Positions 39,760 through 48,587 of a stretch of 64,000 nucleotides of DNA are shown here, in pieces. Source of the stretch: Planctomycetota bacterium (GTDB lineage Bacteria; Planctomycetota; Phycisphaerae; SM23-33); contig DAOVZK010000002.1 in assembly GCA_030635145.1 (NCBI GenBank), forward strand, positions 21,119-85,118, given 5' to 3'. The position numbers were made by a program, and so were the translations under genes. The notes beneath the pieces are model-generated. The model was not told the DNA's origin. It saw only the letters and a list, made by a program, of their open reading frames with translations, and searched no databases. Each line of letters opens with the position of its first letter. Position 1 is the first letter of the stretch.

Positions 39760-41076
39760 ATGATTAAGGCGTTGCTGGAAAAAATTAAAACGAAAAAAGC
39801 ACTCATCGGAGTTGTAGGTCTTGGGTATGTCGGTTTGCCACTCACGCGGGAATTCACCACCGGAGGGGCAAAGGTTCTTGGATTCGACGTCGACGAGACA
39901 AAGATCAAAAAACTCAACGCCGGTAAAAGCTATATCGAGCATATCCCTTCCAGCATGGTCAAGAATATGGTCAAGAGCGGTTTGTTCTCGGCTACGAGCG
40001 ATTTTAAACAGCTGCGCAAGGCCGACTGCATTCTGATCGCCGTTCCTACCCCGCTGAGCAAAATGCGCGAGCCTGACCTTTCATACGTCGAAGCCACCGC
40101 CAACGCCATCGCCAAAACACTCCGCCCCGGACAGCTCGTAGTTTTAGAATCGACAACCTACCCCGGAACCACCACAGAAGTGCTGCTGCCGATACTCGAA
40201 AAGTCGGGACTAAAGGCAGGTAAGGATTTCTTCCTGGCGTTCTCACCAGAACGCGAAGATCCCGGGCGAAAAGACTACACCACCAAAACCATCCCCAAGG
40301 TTGTTGGTGGTAACGACAAAAACTCGCTCGATGCTTCGGTGGCTTGCTACGAAATCGCAATCGATACCATCGTACCCGTCAGCAGCTGCGAAGCCGCCGA
40401 GGCCTGCAAGATTCTCGAAAACACCTACCGCAGTGTGAACATTGCGCTGGTCAATGAACTCAAGATGCTCTACGACAAAATGGGCATCGACGTGTGGGAA
40501 GTTATACGAGCGGCGTCGACGAAACCGTTCGGGTTCACCGCGTTTTATCCCGGCCCGGGCTTGGGTGGGCACTGTATCCCGATCGACCCGTTCTATCTCT
40601 CATGGAAGGCACGCGAGTACAACATGGCTACGCGGTTTATCGAGCTGGCCGGTGAAATCAACGTCGCCATGCCCGAGTATGTCATCCAGAGATTGATGGA
40701 CGCATTAAACGACCGCAAAAAATCGCTGAACGGTTCCAAGGTGCTCGTGCTCGGACTATCGTACAAACAAGATATCGACGACGTTCGCGAAAGCCCGTCA
40801 CTGGAACTCATCAAACTTATGCAAGAACGCGGTGCCAAAGTTGACTACAACGATCCACACTGCCCCCGAACCCACAAAATGCGTGAGTACGATCTGAAGA
40901 TGACGTCAAAACCGCTTACGGCAAAAATGCTCAAAAGCTACGATGTCGTCGTCATCAGCACCGCTCACAGTAAATACGATTACAAGTTCATCGTCAAAAA
41001 TTCGCAGCTGGTTATCGACACCCGCAACGCGACGGTAAACGTTAAGGTCGGGAGAAAGAAAATCGTCAAGGCCTGA
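39760..41076 (+). CDS. UDP-sugar 6-dehydrogenase family (UDP-N-acetyl-D-mannosamine/glucosamine dehydrogenase-like, WecC/WbpA/TviB type)
   Basis: IGVVGLGYVGLPL NAD fold, catalytic GPGLGGHCIPIDP, C-terminal UDP-binding domain. Confidence 0.85.
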   Translation: MIKALLEKIKTKKALIGVVGLGYVGLPLTREFTTGGAKVLGFDVDETKIKKLNAGKSYIEHIPSSMVKNMVKSGLFSATSDFKQLRKADCILIAVPTPLSKMREPDLSYVEATANAIAKTLRPGQLVVLESTTYPGTTTEVLLPILEKSGLKAGKDFFLAFSPEREDPGRKDYTTKTIPKVVGGNDKNSLDASVACYEIAIDTIVPVSSCEAAEACKILENTYRSVNIALVNELKMLYDKMGIDVWEVIRAASTKPFGFTAFYPGPGLGGHCIPIDPFYLSWKAREYNMATRFIELAGEINVAMPEYVIQRLMDALNDRKKSLNGSKVLVLGLSYKQDIDDVRESPSLELIKLMQERGAKVDYNDPHCPRTHKMREYDLKMTSKPLTAKMLKSYDVVVISTAHSKYDYKFIVKNSQLVIDTRNATVNVKVGRKKIVKA

Positions 41077-41112
41077 TGCAATAACGCAGTATCAACAATA
41101 GGGAGATGATAC

Positions 41113-41790
41113 ATGTCCCAGCAGCAGAGCAAAAACGCAAACAGTTCCAGCATTGATGAGGATACGGCCCCGAAGAAAAAATCGAAGCTGCGAAAACTGA
41201 TGTGGTGCGTTCAGTGGGTAATAAATCTGTGCGTGCTGTGCGCGTTGCTGATAGTTTTCACACCGGCCGGTAAGTGGGCGGAAGAAAAACTGATTTCCGT
41301 CGACAAACTCGAAAAGGGCGAAACGGCTGACTATATCGTGGTGCTTGGTGGAAATTTTGACCGCACCGTGGAGGCAGCGCGTTTGTATCGCGAAGGCTGG
41401 GCGCCGAAAATCATCGTAACGTCCACCGGAGCAAATGCCGACGACATGGCCGACCTCGCCATGGAATTCGGAGTCCCGCGAGCCGACATCATCGTCGAAC
41501 CAAACTCCACACGAACCGCCGAGCATCCCGCCGCCATCGCCGCCCTGCCCGGTGTCGATAAAGACACGCAAAAATTCATTATCCTGACTTCTGCCCTGCA
41601 CACTTCGCGGGCACGAGGATGTTTCGACCACAATGGGTTTAAGAACATCATCATGACAAGCCCGGCGTGGCGGTACGGGGGCGAAATGGGATTAGAAGCA
41701 GACTCGCCGTACTTACGGTTCGTTAATCTACCAGCCATGTCTCGCGAAGCCGCCGGCTGGGGACTGTATAAAACGATGGGATGGTTATGA
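41113..41790 (+). CDS. DUF218 (YdcF/ElyC/SanA-like) membrane-anchored protein
   Basis: N-terminal TM then DYIVVLGGNFDRTVEAARLYREGWAPKIIVTSTG, the DUF218 core. Confidence 0.7.
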   Translation: MSQQQSKNANSSSIDEDTAPKKKSKLRKLMWCVQWVINLCVLCALLIVFTPAGKWAEEKLISVDKLEKGETADYIVVLGGNFDRTVEAARLYREGWAPKIIVTSTGANADDMADLAMEFGVPRADIIVEPNSTRTAEHPAAIAALPGVDKDTQKFIILTSALHTSRARGCFDHNGFKNIIMTSPAWRYGGEMGLEADSPYLRFVNLPAMSREAAGWGLYKTMGWL

Positions 41791-42623
41791 ACGAACTGCT
41801 GCCCGCGCCGGTGGTTTTATTCAGCGACCTGCACCTGTGCTCAAAATCGCACCACCATTGGCAAGGCGAGCTTGAACGCTTGCGAGGACTTTGGGCTGAT
41901 GCGAAAACCGTTATCTTCAACGGCGACAGTATCTCGTGGAAAATCGCAAGGCATCACGACCAGTGTGAAAAAATCCGGGACGAGATCACCGACTATTTCC
42001 GCAGCCACGGTCTGGAAACCGTTTTCATCGCCGGAAACTCCGACCAGGAAGTTTGCAGCCGCGATTACCAGTTCATCCGCGACGAAAAAATACTCGTGCT
42101 GCACGGACATGCGATTTTCAAGAGCGTTTCGCCCTGGAATTACCACGCTGCAAAAATAAAACAACTTCGCCATGAGTTTCTCGAATCGATACCGCAAACT
42201 TCACGTAACACCCTGGATGTTGCCACACAAAGCGCCCGCACAGCTACGGTTGAAATCCAGCGACAGTGCATGAACAATCGTTGCAAAACGGGATTGAGTT
42301 CGTACATCTTTCTAAAGAGGCATAATTTTCGCACGCTGATGCGAATCAGCAAAATTTTGAAAAGCTGGAAAACCGCCCCGAAGCTGGGGGCAGATTTTAT
42401 GGAACGATACGCCCCGCAAGCGAAATTTTTGATTATGGGGCATACGCATCGCAGCGGGGTATGGAAAATTGGCGAGCGGATCATCATCAACACCGGCAGC
42501 ATCAAAAAACCGCGTACCGCCCTTTACATAAGGATTGAAAACGACGTGCTAAAAGTGTTCCGCATCCGGCGCGACAAAAAGCAACTCATCTGCGGGCAGC
42601 TCGTGGAAGAATTTGAAGTCTAG
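41781..42623 (+). CDS. calcineurin-like metallophosphoesterase
   Basis: LFSDLHL, GNSD...GHAIF, GHTHR motifs. Overlaps the upstream gene by 10 nt. Confidence 0.75.
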   Translation: MVMNELLPAPVVLFSDLHLCSKSHHHWQGELERLRGLWADAKTVIFNGDSISWKIARHHDQCEKIRDEITDYFRSHGLETVFIAGNSDQEVCSRDYQFIRDEKILVLHGHAIFKSVSPWNYHAAKIKQLRHEFLESIPQTSRNTLDVATQSARTATVEIQRQCMNNRCKTGLSSYIFLKRHNFRTLMRISKILKSWKTAPKLGADFMERYAPQAKFLIMGHTHRSGVWKIGERIIINTGSIKKPRTALYIRIENDVLKVFRIRRDKKQLICGQLVEEFEV

Positions 42624-42639
42624 CCGTACGAGCTTCGAT

Positions 42640-44148
42640 TTAGTCGGCCTTCGTATCAGGTTTTGCCGCCGGTAATTCTTTCGCAGCAACCACCTTCAAT
42701 TTCAGTCGATTCGGCGAGAACCCCGTAATTTTGACTTTGATTGTTTTCAGTTCGGCGAGATTATCCGCAAAATTCTGCGTTGAGAATTCGTAGTCCACAT
42801 CCACGTTGGCCAGTGACTTTGTAATCTCTCGCAGCCGCAGGGCCTTAACCCCGCGAAGTTTTTCAACCTCTGTCTCGAAGATTTTCCAGTCGGCGTAGGT
42901 CATGTTTTCGATTTGCAGATTTATGTCGCGGGTAACATTGACCTGCTTGCGCCATGCCTCCACGACAGCTCCCAGCAACTTAGGCCCTGCCTTTTTCGCG
43001 AGCTTGTCCAACGCCTTACTCTCCCCGCCGGTTTTCTTGAGCGAGTTAACCGTTATCGGGCCAAAAACTTTCGACACTATCAGCTGTGCCGAATCGGTGC
43101 GGATCACACGCACCACCAGCTTCGCCGAGTACTGATGCATCTTGACGTCGCCGACAGTGATATCACCCGCGTACTCCGCCCCAGCTGTGCCGATGATGAT
43201 TACGTCGGCGTTGAACTTTTTCCCGATCGCCGCGGCATCGACCAGATCGTCCTTCCCCGCCGCCAGCATAATGTCACGCTGATTAAGCGCCGTCGCCGTG
43301 CTCTGATCTATCAGCTTGATTCCCTTGTCGATGAAAAATTCTTCCAAACGCCCCTGCGCCACGCCCTTGTCTTTCAGCTCGGTGGCGACGCGTTTCCAGA
43401 CCTTAAAATTGTCGCGGGACCGGGCCGAATCTGTTCGCGATGCTTGTGCGACGCGAATTTCTTCAGCGGCGGTATTTTCTATCCAGCGAGAACGATCTCG
43501 ACGAGTCATGGACGCCCAGTTGCGAGGCCGTTGTCGCCCTGACCACCAGCTGAAATTTCCACGGACTGTATCAACATCGGTACGCCGCTCAGCCGCGGCC
43601 GCCCGGGCAGATTCCCGGCGCATTTGCGAAATCAGCGTCGCCGTCCTGGTACGCTCAGATGCCGACTTGGCGTCAAGCTCCAACTCGTTAACCATTTTCA
43701 CCGTCGACTCACCAATAACCATGATAACCCGCGGATTGTTCTCCTGATGGTACGTGTGGGCGATGGCGGCCCAGTTTTGCTCGAATTTCTGCGTAGACAC
43801 CAACGCTCGCACGCGGGCGTGGTACATTCCGTCTTCGATCCAGCATTTGGGGGTGTCGTGCTTTTTTACATATCCGACGGCGTCGGCGAAGACTTTATCG
43901 TATATCCCCTGATAGTTCTTGGTTTTAGAGCGAGACTTGATAAACACACCGCACCCTTGCTCGACAGCCTTTCGCAGCGCTTTTGCGACGGCTTCATCGC
44001 GGGCCTTTGGGGTCGTCCCCGCGGCCGACTCGGTAACCGTCACCCAAGTGTCGCGAGATTTTTCTCTTATTTTCTGCGCGGCGGCTGGTAGAGCAAGCGA
44101 AAGTAAAACACCAAACAAAACCGTGATTATTGCAGGATATCGAAGCAT
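42640..44148 (-). CDS. secreted protein: N-terminal LPP20/FlgT-N-like domain, Arg-rich linker, C-terminal domain paralogous to the product of 47179-48309
   Basis: Signal peptide MLRYPAIITVLFGVLLSLALPAAAQ (start 44148, GGAGA RBS). VTVTESAAG...ARDEAVAKALRKAVEQGCGVF aligns to VTVTVVGMGESEKDAIKDGKRKAVEQVAGTLV of the 47179 protein. FNADVIIIGTAGAEYAGDITVGDVKMHQYSAKLVVRVIRTDSAQLI aligns to FGAQIFITGVAQATTSGARNINGRRLHIYEADANVKVFRSDTAQLL. Confidence 0.7.
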   Translation of the reverse strand: MLRYPAIITVLFGVLLSLALPAAAQKIREKSRDTWVTVTESAAGTTPKARDEAVAKALRKAVEQGCGVFIKSRSKTKNYQGIYDKVFADAVGYVKKHDTPKCWIEDGMYHARVRALVSTQKFEQNWAAIAHTYHQENNPRVIMVIGESTVKMVNELELDAKSASERTRTATLISQMRRESARAAAAERRTDVDTVRGNFSWWSGRQRPRNWASMTRRDRSRWIENTAAEEIRVAQASRTDSARSRDNFKVWKRVATELKDKGVAQGRLEEFFIDKGIKLIDQSTATALNQRDIMLAAGKDDLVDAAAIGKKFNADVIIIGTAGAEYAGDITVGDVKMHQYSAKLVVRVIRTDSAQLIVSKVFGPITVNSLKKTGGESKALDKLAKKAGPKLLGAVVEAWRKQVNVTRDINLQIENMTYADWKIFETEVEKLRGVKALRLREITKSLANVDVDYEFSTQNFADNLAELKTIKVKITGFSPNRLKLKVVAAKELPAAKPDTKAD

Positions 44149-44467
44149 TTTGTGAATCTCCAATGAGTTAGAGGCTGTTTTAGGACAGCAGTAATTATTC
44201 TTCGGTGTGCAGCAGTGTCATGTGAACAGGAAAATGTTGGTCAGTCAAATTATTTTTTCACTAAGTGCTTGATTTTTGCCCTACCTTTGCCGAATCATAC
44301 AGGGTAAAGTACAGGGTACTTCTAATTATTTGACAATCTGCTAAACCGCTTCCCGCGATAGCCAATAAACATTGGACCCTAAGGCGGGTTGCGTAGTGAA
44401 GAACTAATTTTAGAGTTTATCTACAGTTCACATAGACCATTGGCGACGGGGTAGAGGAGATTTAAAT

Positions 44468-45445
44468 ATGGTGCGGACGTTTCGTAAGTGTACAGTTTTG
44501 CTGCTTTGTGGTGTTGGTGCGTTTTTTGCGGCCGGGTGTGAGACCAAACCCATCGCGATTAGCTATTATCGCCCGGCACAGTATAAAATTCCGTCAAGCG
44601 TAAAGAAGCTGGCGATTGTGCGGTTCGGCGGTAAAGGCAGAACCGAACGAAAATACGGCGAGATCGCCTCGGATAAGCTCGCCTCGACATTAAACGCTTA
44701 CAATCAGAGGTACAAGCGCTTCGAACTCTACGACCGCAAACGCGTTTCAGCCATCATGGACGAACGTGACTTTCAGCTGTCGATCACCGACACAGATGAG
44801 GCCGTCAAGCTAGGTAAGATCGCTAAAGTCGATGCCATGATCTACGGAACAGTCTATGTTGTTGCCAAAGACGAAAGGCTCACCAAACAATATTACGATT
44901 GGAAAAGCGAAACAACCAAAACCCGCTCCTACATTCGCAGATATGCCTCGGCGGCGGTTACCTTCACTATGGATGATATCCATACGACCAAGACGCTCTG
45001 TACGGTAACGATCACAAACAATTATGACTCCGACAAGGGGCAAAGCAGCTGGATGGGTACTGATCCAAAACTGCTTCCCACTGATCAGGTCGTCGACCGC
45101 CTTATCCAGATGTGTGTCGACCAGTTCATCCCAAAAATCAGCCCGCACCAGGTATTTGTGAATTTGCGGTTTGAAAAAGGCAAGAGCAAGGCAGTCAAGG
45201 AAGGTAACAAATTCGCACTGGAACGCGAGTTTGGCGATGCTCTTGAGTATTACCGCATGGGTCTGGTAGAAAAACCCGAAGACCACGGAGCGATGTTCAA
45301 CATCGGAGCATGTTACGAGGGGATGGGAAACTTGAAAAAAGCCCGCGAATACTACAACAAGGCCATCAAGATGAAGCCGGAAAAAAAATACATCAAAGCC
45401 AGGCGTCGCGTAAGGCTTGAGGGGCAACGAATAGGGAATCGGTAA
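44468..45445 (+). CDS. CsgG/LpoB-like (TolB-N-like fold) lipoprotein with a C-terminal TPR
   Basis: Lipobox FFAAGC. KKLAIVRFGGKGRTERKYGEIASDKLASTLNAYNQRYKRFELYDRKRVSAIMDERDFQLS...AVKLGKIAKVDAMIYGTV follows the CsgG/LpoB pattern (lAVlpF.n.s.....g..l.d.l...L...g.f.vvER..l..vl.E..lq.sg......a..lGk..GAd.vv.G.v). The C-terminus ALEYYRMGLVEKPEDHGAMFNIGACYEGMGNLKKAREYYNKAIKM is TPR. Confidence 0.7.
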   Translation: MVRTFRKCTVLLLCGVGAFFAAGCETKPIAISYYRPAQYKIPSSVKKLAIVRFGGKGRTERKYGEIASDKLASTLNAYNQRYKRFELYDRKRVSAIMDERDFQLSITDTDEAVKLGKIAKVDAMIYGTVYVVAKDERLTKQYYDWKSETTKTRSYIRRYASAAVTFTMDDIHTTKTLCTVTITNNYDSDKGQSSWMGTDPKLLPTDQVVDRLIQMCVDQFIPKISPHQVFVNLRFEKGKSKAVKEGNKFALEREFGDALEYYRMGLVEKPEDHGAMFNIGACYEGMGNLKKAREYYNKAIKMKPEKKYIKARRRVRLEGQRIGNR

Positions 45446-45522
45446 AAAACATCAGTTAGTTACCACGCAGAAACAAAATCATGCCCGGTAGCGGGCAAGG
45501 CAATCAATTTAGGAGAAACGAA

Positions 45523-46878
45523 ATGAGTAAATTACAAAAATGTCTATGGGTTGCACTGGGCGTTGCTGTTTTAATGTGCAGCTTGACCCCGGTTTTGGCC
45601 GAAGACGCCGTAACCGCACAGCGGGATGCCCAGCGTAAGCTGCTGGCCCAGCGGGCTGCCCGTGCCGACGCCATGAGAAAATTGGCCGAACGCATCAAAG
45701 GCCTCCGAATCACGTCCAGCACCACCGTGCAGGATTTCGTCACAGAAGACGACACCATCGACACTGCCCTTCGCGCCTGGCTGCTGGGAATGAAGGAAGA
45801 AGGAAAGTACAAGCACAACAACGACGGCACATGCGAAATTACGATGTCCGTTACGCTGCTGACGGTTGAGGATGAACTCACGCGGCTGCACAAGGCCTAC
45901 TACAAGGGCAAAAAGTACAAGATCAAAGACATTCAGAGTATGCGGCGGATCAATAAGCTTAGCAAGATCACCGAAACCGGCATGGGTGCCATGCCCGAAG
46001 AACTCGACGAAAACCCGCTGTCACCGACCGACGCATCAGGCCGAAACCCCGCCAAAGTTCCCGACTACTGGACCAAGCATTGTACCGGTCAGGGTAGACT
46101 GATGGCAGTGAAAGCCGCTCGCGTCGATGCCATGCGAAGACTCGCCGAACGCATCAAGGGCACGCGAATTACATCCGACACGACCGTGCAGGATTTCGTC
46201 ACCGAATCTGACGACATCAACATGGACATGCGTGCATTCCTCAAGGGCGCAAAGGAAGTCGGCGTACGATACCATCGTAAAGAGCTTATCGTCGAAGTGG
46301 AAATGGAAGTTACGCTGAAAACCGTTGTCGCCACCGTTCGCCGTCTGGTAAACGAACGCTACAAAGGCAAGAAGCAAAAACTCAAATATATCGACGAGTA
46401 CATCGAAAAAGTTCGCTACGACAAGATCGTCGAAACCGGCATGGGTGTGCCTCCGAAAAGGTTCCTCAAGGGTTACACTGAAGTGCAGATCGCCGTTTTG
46501 ACAACCGCCGCCGCTGCCCCGCCATGGGCCACCGACACGCTGCGTGCCAAAGGCCAGGCTGCCGTCGATACCGAAAATCCGAATCAGGCCCAGGCGAAAC
46601 TGATGGCCTACCGCGCTGCCGAACTCGACGCCAGACGAAAACTCGCCGAAGAACTAAACGGGCTGATGATCCGTTCCGACACGTCGGTCAAGGATTTCGT
46701 CGCACAGGACGACACCATCGACACCCGCATGACGGCCTTCCAGCTGGGAGCGAAAGTCGTTAAGAATTCGCAGAAACTAAACGCCGACGGAACTGCAGAA
46801 GTGACAGTCGAAATCGAACTCAAGCCTCTGTGGAACATCATTCTGTACGGCCAGAAACGTGGGCTGAGACTTAAGTAA
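45523..46878 (+). CDS. secreted protein with three tandem LPP20/FlgP-like domains
   Basis: Three ~110-aa repeats each begin [AQ]xxK[LM][ML]AxRAAxxDAxR[KR]LAExIxGxxI[TR]SxT[TS]VxDFV[TA]xxDxIxT. Examples: QRKLLAQRAARADAMRKLAERIKGLRITSSTTVQDFVTEDDTIDT, GRLMAVKAARVDAMRRLAERIKGTRITSDTTVQDFVTESDDINM, AQAKLMAYRAAELDARRKLAEELNGLMIRSDTSVKDFVAQDDTIDT. Start 45523 with an AGGAGA RBS. Confidence 0.75.
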   Translation: MSKLQKCLWVALGVAVLMCSLTPVLAEDAVTAQRDAQRKLLAQRAARADAMRKLAERIKGLRITSSTTVQDFVTEDDTIDTALRAWLLGMKEEGKYKHNNDGTCEITMSVTLLTVEDELTRLHKAYYKGKKYKIKDIQSMRRINKLSKITETGMGAMPEELDENPLSPTDASGRNPAKVPDYWTKHCTGQGRLMAVKAARVDAMRRLAERIKGTRITSDTTVQDFVTESDDINMDMRAFLKGAKEVGVRYHRKELIVEVEMEVTLKTVVATVRRLVNERYKGKKQKLKYIDEYIEKVRYDKIVETGMGVPPKRFLKGYTEVQIAVLTTAAAAPPWATDTLRAKGQAAVDTENPNQAQAKLMAYRAAELDARRKLAEELNGLMIRSDTSVKDFVAQDDTIDTRMTAFQLGAKVVKNSQKLNADGTAEVTVEIELKPLWNIILYGQKRGLRLK

Positions 46879-46931
46879 ACCAGGGAAACATCACGCTATT
46901 GAATCGAACAAAATCTAGATAGGAGAATACT

Positions 46932-47078
46932 ATGAAACGTTTTATATTTGGAATGCTTGCTATGGTTGCACTTGCTGGTTTTTGCCTCTCGGCCGGCTGC
47001 GAAAAAAATGAAATGGAAGTTCAACGCACCGAAGAACGCACAGAGGTCATCTCGCAGGAACCAATAGTTACACCATAG
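46932..47078 (+). CDS. 48-aa lipoprotein (missed by the ≥60-aa ORF track)
   Basis: AGGAGA RBS 5 nt upstream. MKRFIFGMLAMVALAGFCLSAGCEKNEMEVQRTEERTEVISQEPIVTP has a signal peptide and LSAGC lipobox. A hairpin-terminator-like sequence (AAAAACCCCC...GGGGGTTTTT) follows. Confidence 0.45.
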   Translation: MKRFIFGMLAMVALAGFCLSAGCEKNEMEVQRTEERTEVISQEPIVTP

Positions 47079-47178
47079 AACTAAATGGTTTTTAAAAACC
47101 CCCAGGCTTCGTGACAACGGGGTCTAGGGGGTTTTTAATTTTCGATATTTCAGAATCGAATCAGAAGGGATGTGAATC

Positions 47179-48309
47179 ATGCGTAGCTTTTTCCTTTTAA
47201 TGCTTGCGGTGGTGCTTGTGCTGGGCTGTTTTGCGACCCCGGTAGTTGCCGCCAACAAAAATCTCGTAACCGTTACCGTCGTCGGGATGGGCGAGTCTGA
47301 GAAAGACGCCATTAAGGATGGCAAGCGCAAGGCCGTCGAGCAAGTCGCCGGGACGCTGGTATATTCCGCCTCCAAAACGAAAGATTTCACACTCATTCGC
47401 GACACCGTGCTTACCCGTTCGGCCGGTTTCGTGCAGTCGCATGAGGTGCTGTCTAAAAGAATAACGACGGACGGAATTTACGAAGTCAAAATGCGCGTCA
47501 CGGTTTCCAAGAAAGGAATCGTGGATCGATGGGGCGTGGTGACGAATCTGCTGAAGGACATGGGGCGGCCGAAAATCATGGTCTTCATCCGCGAAAAAGT
47601 CGGAAACGATTGGCAGGAATCTTCTACGGTGCAGACGCGTGTGGAAAATAGGCTGTTGAAAAACGGATTTCTGCTGGTTGACCGCGATCAGTTAAAAGCC
47701 ATCGATAAAAAGGATATCCAGGCCGCCATCGCGGAGGACAAGCCCGAAAAAATCCAGGCCATCGCGAAGAAATTCGGTGCCCAGATTTTCATTACCGGCG
47801 TGGCACAGGCGACGACTTCCGGCGCACGCAACATTAACGGCCGACGCCTCCATATCTACGAGGCCGACGCGAATGTCAAAGTTTTCCGTTCGGATACGGC
47901 CCAGTTGCTGGGTTCCATTCCCGGCCGCGCCACCCGAGGTGTACAAGGCGTCGCACGATCCGCCGCCAAACAAGCACTCGACGGGCAGGGCCGGATGCTG
48001 GCACCGATGATTACGAACGACATCCTGCGATTCTGGATGGACGTCATGGACGGCCGCGGCGAAGTGCAGCTGAAAATCGACGGGATCAGTTTCGGCCAAT
48101 ACGCCAAGCTGAAAAAGGCTCTGGGGAAGGTCAAGGGCGTAAACGACATCAACGCGAAGTACAGCAACAAGGTTGCCGATATTTCTATCGAGTCGGATAT
48201 GCAAGCTGAGAAGCTCGCCGAAAAACTCGCTGAGGATTTCGAGGACATACTCGAAATTACGGACGTTTCGCAGAACGTCATCAAGGCCGACTACAAAAAG
48301 GCTGAATAG
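47179..48309 (+). CDS. secreted LPP20/FlgT-N-like protein, paralogue of the 42640-44148 product
   Basis: Signal peptide FFLLMLAVVLVLGCFATPVVAANK. Domain VTVTVVGMGESEKDAIKDGKRKAVEQVAGTLVYSASKTKDFTLIRDTVLTRSAGFVQSHEV...DGIYEVKMRVTV. The C-terminal domain is homologous to the 42640 protein. Confidence 0.75.
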   Translation: MRSFFLLMLAVVLVLGCFATPVVAANKNLVTVTVVGMGESEKDAIKDGKRKAVEQVAGTLVYSASKTKDFTLIRDTVLTRSAGFVQSHEVLSKRITTDGIYEVKMRVTVSKKGIVDRWGVVTNLLKDMGRPKIMVFIREKVGNDWQESSTVQTRVENRLLKNGFLLVDRDQLKAIDKKDIQAAIAEDKPEKIQAIAKKFGAQIFITGVAQATTSGARNINGRRLHIYEADANVKVFRSDTAQLLGSIPGRATRGVQGVARSAAKQALDGQGRMLAPMITNDILRFWMDVMDGRGEVQLKIDGISFGQYAKLKKALGKVKGVNDINAKYSNKVADISIESDMQAEKLAEKLAEDFEDILEITDVSQNVIKADYKKAE

Positions 48310-48343
48310 ATAGAGCAGTTAACGATTAACCCCGCCAAACGAA

Positions 48344-48370
48344 GCCCGGTCTGTCGGCCGGGCTTTTTTA
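48344..48370 (+). terminator. rho-independent terminator
   Basis: GCCCGGtctgtcggCCGGGC hairpin followed by TTTTTT. Confidence 0.6.
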
Positions 48371-48403
48371 CGCGCTAATTTTATCCGCAAATAAAATACC
48401 CCA

Positions 48404-48476
48404 AAACCACAAACAGCCGATGGTGAGAATCGAACTCGCAACCCCAGCTTTACGAAAGCTGTGCTCTACCGTTGAG
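48404..48476 (-). tRNA. tRNA-Thr (anticodon CGU)
   Basis: Acceptor GCCGATG/CATCGGC (7/7), D-arm GCTC-AACGGTA-GAGC, anticodon arm CAGCT-TTCGTAA-AGCTG (U33, CGU, A37), T-arm GCGAG-TTCGATT-CTCAC (one C·A mismatch), discriminator U. Confidence 0.8.
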
Positions 48477-48587
48477 CTACATCGGCCTATCCGCCGCATC
48501 GCGACGGGTGCGATATTGTAGAAAATAATCCCAAAAATGACAAGAGGTTTACCTCAGAATCGTGAATATTGCTCACTTGAAATTTGG

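Noticed and set aside
39423-39917. 165-aa N-terminal extension of ORF 38766..39917 (-)
   Set aside because: The extension lacks coding-like composition and runs through the divergent promoter region. The internal Met at 39422 has GGAG 8 nt upstream and starts a textbook lipoprotein signal.
44149-44467. Small ORFs in the divergent promoter region of the lipoprotein cluster
   Set aside because: No ORF ≥60 aa with RBS. The region is AT-richer with promoter-like TTGACA/TATAAT-type hexamers, consistent with a bidirectional regulatory region.
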